64,000 bases of DNA from an uncultured Thermoprotei archaeon (GTDB lineage: Archaea; Thermoproteota; Thermoprotei; Thermofilales; B15-G2): assembly GCA_965367815.1 (NCBI GenBank), contig CBDUKN010000001.1, forward strand, positions 178,391 to 242,390, written 5' to 3'. How positions within the stretch are numbered: the stretch's first letter is position 1; each line of letters opens with the position of its first letter. Positions 28,893-36,597 of this stretch are shown here, one piece after another. Below the pieces are notes generated by a model, which was not told the DNA's origin, did no database searches, and saw only the letters and a list, made by a program, of their open reading frames with translations. The position numbers and the translations under genes were made by a program.

Positions 28893-29860
28893 ATTCTCTC
28901 CTCTATTCTTACGCTTTTGAGAAAGCTACTTGAAAAATGATATGCTCCTGTAAGAGCTAGAAGAGACAGTATAAGGAGCTCTGGTCTAGTGCTCGAGGCA
29001 ATTATAGCGAAGATAGGTGAAGCAACAATTGAGGCTAATGCGCCCAGAGCATAGGCTATTCTTCTTAAGGCCGTAACAGGCTCTGTCTTAACGAGTAGCC
29101 TAAGGTTCCATCCGGTGAAGAAAGCTGAGTAAAGTGATTCTCTGTACTCGTAGCATATTCTCCATACGGGAACCAAGTATAGTTTAAGGTCCTGAGGTTC
29201 AGAAGCAGCGACATTAAAGCAGTCGATAGTACCTTTGCTACGGTAATAGCTCCTTAAATGGTCTAGAGCACTATCCTTCATTTCGAGAGAAACCATTTTC
29301 TCGTCAAGCTCTGTGTTTAGCACTTCAAGCTTCATTTTATTCCACTTTTCTAAATCTAGGTCAAGAAGCTTTTTAGCATACTCTGCAGAGTTGCTCGACA
29401 CTACTTCTTTAGCAACTTCTTCTGTTCCGAGCCTAAAGTACTGGCGACGAGCTACAACGGGTACAGTATATGTCTCATCGATAGTCACAGTCCTATATAC
29501 TCGCCTTCTACGCGTCTCTACTCTCTTGTCTCTTTTCTTGTACTCTGTAACATAATAGTAGTAAGAAACATAGCCCTTCAAGTATATTTTACCAACCCAA
29601 ACAGGAATATAGACTCCATCAATGCTTCTGACACTAATCTCGCTTTTAATCGACTGTAAATCGAAGTCTCTTTCAATTGCAGTCCAAAAAGCTTTTACTA
29701 TATACTCTCGAGGATACGTCGGTAGAACAAAAATTTTATTCAAGTCTACTAGGCCCGCTACTAAGTGAGGCTTACCACAATATTCACAGACAACTACTAC
29801 GCTTTCGGGAGTCACTTTAAGCGGAGCACCACATCTGTCACAAAGATAGCCTGTGCTCAT
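28889..29860 (-). CDS. Zinc-ribbon membrane protein (YdjG-like), paralog
   Basis: CDRCGAP...CEYCG, YIPVW and LVPVW motifs, two C-terminal TM helices; 4-nt overlaps at both ends. Confidence 0.72.
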   Translation of the reverse strand: MSTGYLCDRCGAPLKVTPESVVVVCEYCGKPHLVAGLVDLNKIFVLPTYPREYIVKAFWTAIERDFDLQSIKSEISVRSIDGVYIPVWVGKIYLKGYVSYYYYVTEYKKRDKRVETRRRRVYRTVTIDETYTVPVVARRQYFRLGTEEVAKEVVSSNSAEYAKKLLDLDLEKWNKMKLEVLNTELDEKMVSLEMKDSALDHLRSYYRSKGTIDCFNVAASEPQDLKLYLVPVWRICYEYRESLYSAFFTGWNLRLLVKTEPVTALRRIAYALGALASIVASPIFAIIASSTRPELLILSLLALTGAYHFSSSFLKSVRIEERI

Positions 29861-30756
29861 AGCTTCTTCAGCCTGTCAGCTACTCTAGAGTACTCTGCGT
29901 TAATAAACAGCATACGGTGTGTTTCAGGTGAATAAAATCTTGTTTTCACACTTCTCTCATCTAGAGTCTTCCTTACATAGTCTTCTTCGACATTTTTTAA
30001 GTCAAAGTAGTCTGAGGCATAGGTAAATGTCCACAGATCCATGAACGAGGGCACAAAGGCGCCGTAAATTCCAACATACTTGAAGTACTTTTTAAGCTCA
30101 CTAACTATTTTCTGCTGGGAACCTAAGTGTTCAACTAAACCGAAAGTCTGGAAAACAACTACACTTTTTTCTCGAAGAGCGTTTTTTAGCTTCTTTACGA
30201 ATTCTTCTCCATAAATAGGGCTATCAGGAGAATCTGTTAAATCTATGTAAGCTATGTCAAATTCATTTCTAGGCTTTTCAATGTACTTAAAGCCGTCTTC
30301 AATAACTATTTCTGCTCTAGGATCGCTGAATGAACCTTGAGGAACAGATGGCATGTATTTCTTAACTACTTCTATTACGCGTTCATCTATTTCAACTAAA
30401 ACGGCTTTTTTCACTGTATTATGTTTAAGTACTTCGCGCAAAACACCGCCGTCTCCTCCACCTACTATCAGTACTTTTTCGGGATTTGGGTGAGTAATCA
30501 TGGCTGGATGAACAAAAGCCTCGTGGTAAATATGTTCATCACCCTCAGTAATCTGCATACTTCCGTCGAGGAAAAGACAAAGACCATAGTGTTTTTCTCT
30601 GACAACATCTATTTTCTGATACTTACTTTCTTCTGAGTGAACAATTTCATCTACTTCTTCAAGAACATAAGTGTCTTCTCTTACTTTCTGTACATAGAAA
30701 AGACGTCCATTTATTTTGCGAAGACCAGTTTCAAGCACAAAAATACATACTGGCAA
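29857..30756 (-). CDS. speE: Polyamine aminopropyltransferase (spermidine synthase family), GGGDG type
   Basis: SKYQKI, LDG..Q..E.DE.IYHE..VHP, GGGDGGVLRE, VEID, DLTD. Confidence 0.9.
   Translation of the reverse strand: MPVCIFVLETGLRKINGRLFYVQKVREDTYVLEEVDEIVHSEESKYQKIDVVREKHYGLCLFLDGSMQITEGDEHIYHEAFVHPAMITHPNPEKVLIVGGGDGGVLREVLKHNTVKKAVLVEIDERVIEVVKKYMPSVPQGSFSDPRAEIVIEDGFKYIEKPRNEFDIAYIDLTDSPDSPIYGEEFVKKLKNALREKSVVVFQTFGLVEHLGSQQKIVSELKKYFKYVGIYGAFVPSFMDLWTFTYASDYFDLKNVEEDYVRKTLDERSVKTRFYSPETHRMLFINAEYSRVADRLKKL
30452..30501 (-). repeat. 50-bp exact inverted repeat, copy 1 (inside speE-1)
   Basis: Reverse complement reads ATGATTACTCACCCAAATCCCGAAAAAGTACTGATAGTAGGTGGAGGAGA, identical to 33868-33917. 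Confidence 0.9.
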
Positions 30757-30762
30757 TAATAC

Positions 30763-31035
30763 TTAAGTCTTATGTGAATTTGCTGTAGAATTCATAGTAA
30801 CTTCATACCTCAATACAGCATCGCCTAAATCTACTTCTATTACAACTTTATTTCCATTTTTCTCAATTTTTGTTCTTTTAACTAAATCTAGAGCCTCACT
30901 ATAGGATAATTGATGCTTTCTATGAGATATTTCGTAAAAAATATCTAAGAGAACTTGAGCTACTTTATTCTCATATTCTTCTTCCAAAGACTCTTTAATA
31001 ATATCTTCAACAATTTTTTCTACAAGAGAGCTCAT
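30763..31035 (-). CDS. Hypothetical protein
   Basis: 90-aa ORF packed between co-oriented neighbours. Confidence 0.55.
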   Translation of the reverse strand: MSSLVEKIVEDIIKESLEEEYENKVAQVLLDIFYEISHRKHQLSYSEALDLVKRTKIEKNGNKVVIEVDLGDAVLRYEVTMNSTANSHKT

Positions 31036-31450
31036 GACGTATCCTCTCTATAACACAAATTATGTATAAAAGAATACCAGAAGGATCTCCTCTCCATTCC
31101 TCTAAAATAGCTTCCTTTTCTCTAGCTATTTCTTCTAAAGGAATACCTGTTTCTTCAAGAAAGTATTCAATAAGGCTTGCATCGCTATTTTCTTCGAGTT
31201 GCTCATTTCTCTTCAACAAAATTGTTATCTCAGATAAACGTTTGCTTCCAAAAATACTGCTAATGCTCGCTTCAGCTAGCTCAATTCCCTTAAAAATTCT
31301 CGTCGCTATGAGAGCGGCGTCAGCAGCATTGTTTATGTTCTTTCCTCTAGCCTTGATCGCTATTTTTTCAACTCCTATGTAGAAATTATAAAGCACTTCT
31401 GCAGCACACCTTAAGGCTGATTCTCCGCAGTAAATAATTTTACACTCCAC
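31007..31450 (-). CDS. Alba-domain protein with C-terminal helical extension
   Basis: G.EKI.IKARGKNIN.A.DAA.I and +LSEI.I.L.+ match Alba motifs; about 60 extra acidic residues follow. Confidence 0.65.
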   Translation of the reverse strand: MECKIIYCGESALRCAAEVLYNFYIGVEKIAIKARGKNINNAADAALIATRIFKGIELAEASISSIFGSKRLSEITILLKRNEQLEENSDASLIEYFLEETGIPLEEIAREKEAILEEWRGDPSGILLYIICVIERIRHELSCRKNC

Positions 31451-31508
31451 TGGCTTTTATTCATCGTGAAACTTAATTAAATTTTCTTACTAGCAAAACC
31501 CTGTAACA

Positions 31509-32213
31509 CTAAGTTAATACAATACCAGAAACTATTGCTAGAGCAGCTGGGGCTAGGTCTCTGTAGTCTTTCACAATAGATAGCAAATTGTTTTTGACAA
31601 GATACTGTATTAAATCTATGTAAACTATAATAGGTTTACCTGACTCAGAGATAATTCTCCAATAACGTTTTTTGTCATTTTTTATTTTATTTAAACGTTC
31701 TTCAATAAGCTTAGAAAAGTCTCCTCCCCTGAGCCATAATTCGATTATTTTAGCTGAATTTTGAGTAGACCATGAATAAAAATCTAGTGTAGTATAGTCA
31801 GCAATCCTCATGTGGAGTTTCCAATTTTTATCACTTAGCTCTTTATTTGTTTTAATACAGTCTACACAGATAGACTTTAGTGACTTGAAAGCCTCTTCTC
31901 CTACTATAAATATCGGTGAGACATATATAGAGGCCACAGCTACATGTTTAGCGCCAGCGCCTATCTCTTCTCCTATTTTATCTAATAGTTCTTTTAACGC
32001 AGTGATAGGATAGTGGAGTTTAATGAAAGGCTTTCCTTCATATTTCCCTATTATAGGATATTTTTTAGCAAGGTCTTCTATGTAACCTAAATTACGGTAA
32101 CGAAATCTTTTAACAAGCCACTTAATTTTCTCTTCAAACTCTTCTTCAGAAGCCTCGCTGTAAACAACACCTCTCAAATTCTTTACAATAGCTGCATACA
32201 GGTGAAACGACAC
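31509..32213 (-). CDS. Hypothetical protein
   Basis: 234-aa ORF in a co-oriented run; no motif recognised. Confidence 0.6.
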   Translation of the reverse strand: MSFHLYAAIVKNLRGVVYSEASEEEFEEKIKWLVKRFRYRNLGYIEDLAKKYPIIGKYEGKPFIKLHYPITALKELLDKIGEEIGAGAKHVAVASIYVSPIFIVGEEAFKSLKSICVDCIKTNKELSDKNWKLHMRIADYTTLDFYSWSTQNSAKIIELWLRGGDFSKLIEERLNKIKNDKKRYWRIISESGKPIIVYIDLIQYLVKNNLLSIVKDYRDLAPAALAIVSGIVLT

Positions 32214-32225
32214 ATTATAAAGAGC

Positions 32226-32870
32226 TCAGGTACTTATTTTCTTTAACTCTACATCGACTTCTTTGTCGTCAATATGTGCTACGGCATAGTACTTTTTAAA
32301 GAGAGGGCCTGGATTAACTACAATAGTTTCTTTTATCCTGCAGACTCCTCGGCCTTCATGAATGTGGCCGCACACGCTTAAAACAGGTCTCTTTTCTTCT
32401 ATAATTCTCCGTACAGAAATACTTCCTGCATGAGTACCGAAAAGGACTCTATCTAGGTCAGTGTTCTTTGGAGGAGCATGAGTAAGCAGAATATCCCCCG
32501 GTTCAACTATGCTCAGCTTACTGAAGATTTCATCTTCGCTGAACTCGAGAGGAGTATTAAACGGAGTTGGAGAAGAACCTCCGAAGCCCGCTACTCCGAT
32601 GTCTTTGTAAATTACTCTTTTGCCGTGAACAGAACAATTCTTTTCTTCTAGAGCACGAATTACCTCGATAGTGTCACAATTGCCTGGCACACAGAGTATC
32701 TTAGAGCCTATTTTCTCTAATTCCTCTACAATCTCGAGTGCTTCAGAGTATCCGCCGAAGTCTGTCAAGTCTCCGGCTACGAGCAATAAGTCTACACTAC
32801 TTACTTCAGAGACAAGTTTCTTTACTGAAGAAAGTTTTCCGTGAATATCGCTTACACAAACTATTTTCAC
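32226..32870 (-). CDS. Metallophosphoesterase (Icc-related)
   Basis: SDIHG, AGDLTD, PGNCD, THAPP, CGHIHE, NPG. Confidence 0.9.
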   Translation of the reverse strand: MKIVCVSDIHGKLSSVKKLVSEVSSVDLLLVAGDLTDFGGYSEALEIVEELEKIGSKILCVPGNCDTIEVIRALEEKNCSVHGKRVIYKDIGVAGFGGSSPTPFNTPLEFSEDEIFSKLSIVEPGDILLTHAPPKNTDLDRVLFGTHAGSISVRRIIEEKRPVLSVCGHIHEGRGVCRIKETIVVNPGPLFKKYYAVAHIDDKEVDVELKKIST

Positions 32871-33005
32871 GCAGTAGAGTACTGAAAACAGCCTCTAATA
32901 CTTTATCTATGCTTTTTAACTAGTATGCTATCAAACTATTTCTCATTAAATAGTAGGTAGTTTTCTACAAATAAATTTATATAGAAGGAGGTAGAAGCCT
33001 ATAGC

Positions 33006-33473
33006 ATGGATAAACCACTAGATACGGTCAAAGAGTATTTAAAGCAAATGGGGCTGAGCGAGGAGAACATTAAAGAAGGACCTTCAGGTATAACTGCTCA
33101 TTTTGAAGTAGAGGTTTCTGGCGAAGGAGAGGGAGAAAAAATATCAGTTGAAATACCGATAAGCTTTTTCGCTCTAGAGGACTGGGTGAACTGTTTCACT
33201 ATACTCTTAGATTTATCTAGTATTCCTGAGGAGACAGATCTTCAAAGCTTTTTGCTTTCTTTGCTAAGAGCAAACATGAGTATTCCTGAGCTGAATTTCG
33301 GCATAATAGGTAACTACTTAGGACTTTATGCATGGATGCATTCTTCTGCACTATCATACGAGAACTTTGTCTCAGAAGTAGAGGGAATTATAAATGGAGC
33401 AGTAGTTTTCGCTACAAAAATTCTTCCAGGTTTTCCTGAAATTCAGGAAAACTTAGTTGAAGAATGTAGTTAG
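33006..33473 (+). CDS. Acidic YbjN/CesT-like chaperone-fold protein
   Basis: Acidic 155 aa; LLRAN......FGI..N.L.L pattern followed by a C-terminal amphipathic helix. Confidence 0.5.
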   Translation: MDKPLDTVKEYLKQMGLSEENIKEGPSGITAHFEVEVSGEGEGEKISVEIPISFFALEDWVNCFTILLDLSSIPEETDLQSFLLSLLRANMSIPELNFGIIGNYLGLYAWMHSSALSYENFVSEVEGIINGAVVFATKILPGFPEIQENLVEECS

Positions 33474-33648
33474 TGTACGTCTAAGTTCTCGAAGAATAGC
33501 TGTTTCTTTTTAAGGTATTTCTTTAACAACTACTTAGCTGAAAATTTATTAGCATAAGCAGCTCCATGCTTAAACCGCTGGTTATTGCTTTAAATCACTT
33601 ATGAAGACACTATTTTTATATACCATACTGCAAGAAGAGTACGGGACG

Positions 33649-34530
33649 ATGTCTCAACTCAAACCATTTGTAATGCTACAGCCTGTCTCAAACAAGACTT
33701 GGCTCATAATGAAGTTGAAGCATATTCTAGTAAGCAAGAAAACACAGTACCAAAGTCTAGCTATAGTAGATTTTGAGGAATACGGGCGAAGCCTCGTTCT
33801 AGATGATCTTGTTCAGTCAAGCGAGGAAGACGAGTACATATACCATGAATCGCTTGTTCATCCTGCTATGATTACTCACCCAAATCCCGAAAAAGTACTG
33901 ATAGTAGGTGGAGGAGAAGGAGCTACGCTGCGCGAGGTGCTGAAACACAGCACTGTGAAAAAAACTGTGATGATAGATATTGACAAAGACGTAGTAGAAT
34001 ACGCCAAAAAATACCTACAGAGTTTTCATCAAAACAGCTTTAGCAACCCTAAAGCCGAAGTAATAATAATGGATGGAAGAGAATACGTAAAGAAAATTGA
34101 AAACGAGTTCCAAGTAATAATACTCGACTTAACAGACCCCTATGGGCCCGAAATCTCTCGTGCACTGTACTCCGAGAAATTCTACCGCGAAGTTTACAGA
34201 GCACTAACAGAAGACGGCTTAATGGTTACACAGGCAGGCTCATCGTTTTACTTCGAGGAAGTCTACGACGAGGTATTATCAAATGTAAAAAAAGTATTCC
34301 CTATAGTAGTAGAGTACAATGTCTGGATACCCTGCTTTGGCTACGCTTGTAACTTCATTATAGGCTCTAAGAAATATAGTCCCCTAGACTTAACAGTAGA
34401 AGAAGCTGAAAAAAGACTTAAAGAAAGATCTGTTAAAACACTATTTTACAGTGGGGCGACTCACTTAGCGCTACTTCATACACCTATTTTCAGAAGAAAA
34501 AGCTACCTACTGAAGAAGACATGTCATTAA
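33649..34530 (+). CDS. speE: Polyamine aminopropyltransferase, GGGEG type (start likely ATG 33649 rather than 33601)
   Basis: TQYQ, LDDLVQSSE.DEYIYHESLVHP, GGGEGATLRE, DLTDPYGP; TATA-like TTTTTATA about 30 nt upstream of 33649. Confidence 0.9.
   Translation: MSQLKPFVMLQPVSNKTWLIMKLKHILVSKKTQYQSLAIVDFEEYGRSLVLDDLVQSSEEDEYIYHESLVHPAMITHPNPEKVLIVGGGEGATLREVLKHSTVKKTVMIDIDKDVVEYAKKYLQSFHQNSFSNPKAEVIIMDGREYVKKIENEFQVIILDLTDPYGPEISRALYSEKFYREVYRALTEDGLMVTQAGSSFYFEEVYDEVLSNVKKVFPIVVEYNVWIPCFGYACNFIIGSKKYSPLDLTVEEAEKRLKERSVKTLFYSGATHLALLHTPIFRRKSYLLKKTCH
33868..33917 (+). repeat. 50-bp exact inverted repeat, copy 2 (inside speE-2)
   Basis: Identical to the reverse complement of 30452-30501. Confidence 0.9.
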
Positions 34531-34809
34531 GCCAGGTCTATACCTAAATTTATTTTAAATTCGTTTCGATTAAACGAACTAAACAGCTATTTTAATCAGT
34601 CTGGAGTTAATGCTCAACTTAGCTCTATTATTTCACTTGCTAACACTCGACAAAGCTCTTCTAAAGCACTCTATATAATCACTTTTCTCAAGTACACTTC
34701 TCCCCTAGTTTACTTAGCTTCCGATATAATAAGACTTATTTATAATGCTGTTACTAATCTACAAATTAAAGACATTATTTTCTTAACGGTAATTACTCTT
34801 CTATATATT

Positions 34810-35445
34810 TTATTTACCTGAAAATACTTTACGAATACTTAACAATAGTATAGCTCTTAGTCTCAAAGAACTATAGTCTTCTCCCACAAGTACTCGCTTT
34901 TTCCTCAGCTCAGCTACTCTTCTACCCAGCTCACTTATTTCCATGCCTAGTTTTACTGCAGCATCGCGGAAAGAGTCTGCTTCAGCTATAGCTTTAAGAA
35001 CTCTTACGTCTTCAGAAGAAAGCTCTACTTGAGGAAGGGTCAACAGCTCAAGCAGTACTTCTTTCACAGCGCTCTTAACACTGTAGACTAATTCCTCGGG
35101 AGTCACAAAAACTAGAAACTCTGGTAAAAACAGTACTTCTACTCCCAGAAGCTCAGCTGTTTTTCTCGCAGCTTCATCAGAGAAATCTCTACAAACAATC
35201 AGCGGCTTAGCTTTAAGCAAAACAGCATTAGCATAAACCTGTCTCAAATCAGTTACCGATACTCTACCTGCTTTAACTTCAACAGCATATCTCTCGCCGT
35301 CTTTTTCTGCTAAAATATCTACTTCAGCAATATCTACTCCCTCCACTTTAATCCTATACCTTTTACCAACTATCCTGTACCCTCTCCTGGTCAAAACTTC
35401 TTCAGCTATATTTTCGATAGAAATTCCTTTAATCTTTGGCTTCAT
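34810..35445 (-). CDS. YraN/RecB-like PD-(D/E)xK nuclease with C-terminal HTH
   Basis: G...E......L...GY.I, EVDILAEK.GE.YAVEVKAG, Q...NA; C-terminal SFRDAAVKLG HTH. Confidence 0.8.
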   Translation of the reverse strand: MKPKIKGISIENIAEEVLTRRGYRIVGKRYRIKVEGVDIAEVDILAEKDGERYAVEVKAGRVSVTDLRQVYANAVLLKAKPLIVCRDFSDEAARKTAELLGVEVLFLPEFLVFVTPEELVYSVKSAVKEVLLELLTLPQVELSSEDVRVLKAIAEADSFRDAAVKLGMEISELGRRVAELRKKRVLVGEDYSSLRLRAILLLSIRKVFSGK

Positions 35446-35491
35446 AATTTAAAAAACATTTAGAAGACTAAATGCTTAAGCACTAAAAAGG

Positions 35492-35541
35492 TCAGCGACG
35501 TCGTAGCCCTCGTCATTTATCAGTCCCAGGTTCTTCATCAC
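35492..35541 (-). ncRNA. Box C/D 2'-O-methylation guide sRNA
   Basis: Minus strand: C box GTGATGA, guide AGAACCTGGGA, D' CTGA, C' ATGACGA, guide GGGCTACGACGTCG, D CTGA, then a T run. Intergenic, about 50 nt. Confidence 0.85.
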
Positions 35542-35613
35542 AATCAATATTTTCTCTGTAAGTAACCTATTATTTAATATTTTTGTTTTTGTTAATGAAT
35601 AGTACTTAATATA

Positions 35614-36363
35614 CTATACTAAAAGTAAAGTTTTCACTATATCAAGTAGCTTAGTCATGTTGAATATAACGTAGTCTGGTTTATAGAAAGGAAAGTCTAC
35701 TTTTAAGGAACATTTCTCATTCAAGTACTTTTTTCTAAGAAATTTCTCTAAATTGAGAACATTTTCTCTAACAACGAGCACCACAGGGAGCCCTGCATTT
35801 TTTGCTCCATATACGTCGAAGAAGTAACTATCTCCTACAGCTAAGGCTTTGGAAGGCATATTTTTAAGAGCCTTTTCATAAGCCCTCCTATCGGGTTTGC
35901 CGTAGCCTAAAAGATCAGGTGTTGCTATTTTATCAAAATACTCTAAAAGATTAAGTTTTCTAAGTAAGGGTACTTGGTAAATAGAGTATCCGCTCGAGAA
36001 AGCAATTAAAGCTACTGGAAGTTTCTTAAGTCTCTTTATTGTGTCAATAGCATCTGGATACACATGTAGATATTTTTCTACAAGGTAATTTTTCAGCATA
36101 ATTGCTAGCTGCGGAGGTTTTTCTTTTAACCCATATTTTAGGTAGATTTTTTCGATAATATCTTGATAGTCATAAGCTCTTACATAATCCTTAGAGGCTA
36201 TCCTAGCCAATCTTTCTCTTCTAATTTCCTTTAAGAAGTCTTCTTTCGAGATTCCGGTATCTTTAGATACTCTCTTAGCTATATCATTAATTAAGTATGC
36301 AAGAGGATTTCTTTTGATAATAACTTGATCTATGTCCATTAGGATTGAAAGCTTTATTGTCAT
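35614..36363 (-). CDS. HAD-superfamily hydrolase
   Basis: MDIDQV (DxD), FSSG, GKPD, VGDS.FFDV.GAKNAGL. Confidence 0.85.
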   Translation of the reverse strand: MTIKLSILMDIDQVIIKRNPLAYLINDIAKRVSKDTGISKEDFLKEIRRERLARIASKDYVRAYDYQDIIEKIYLKYGLKEKPPQLAIMLKNYLVEKYLHVYPDAIDTIKRLKKLPVALIAFSSGYSIYQVPLLRKLNLLEYFDKIATPDLLGYGKPDRRAYEKALKNMPSKALAVGDSYFFDVYGAKNAGLPVVLVVRENVLNLEKFLRKKYLNEKCSLKVDFPFYKPDYVIFNMTKLLDIVKTLLLV

Positions 36364-36597
36364 ATAGTTGGACTATACACAGGCCGATAAATACCTCGCT
36401 CCTTTTTAGATATGTTTCTAAAGGAGTCGTATTTGATTTACTAAGTATTATAGAAAAAGGACTATCACTAAGATCAGCCTATTAACTCGGTATATAAGGC
36501 AATATATACTTCTTTGAAGATAGAAATAGACTTCTAAAAACTATGGTATATAAATGTTTCTATAAAGTATATAAACTCTCGAGCGCGGAAAAAATCT

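Noticed and set aside
34531-34809. Possible gene remnant and TTCGTTT-N5-AAACGAA repeat between convergent genes
   Set aside because: Only about 30 open codons with no recognisable motif; the short repeat could be chance or a terminator.
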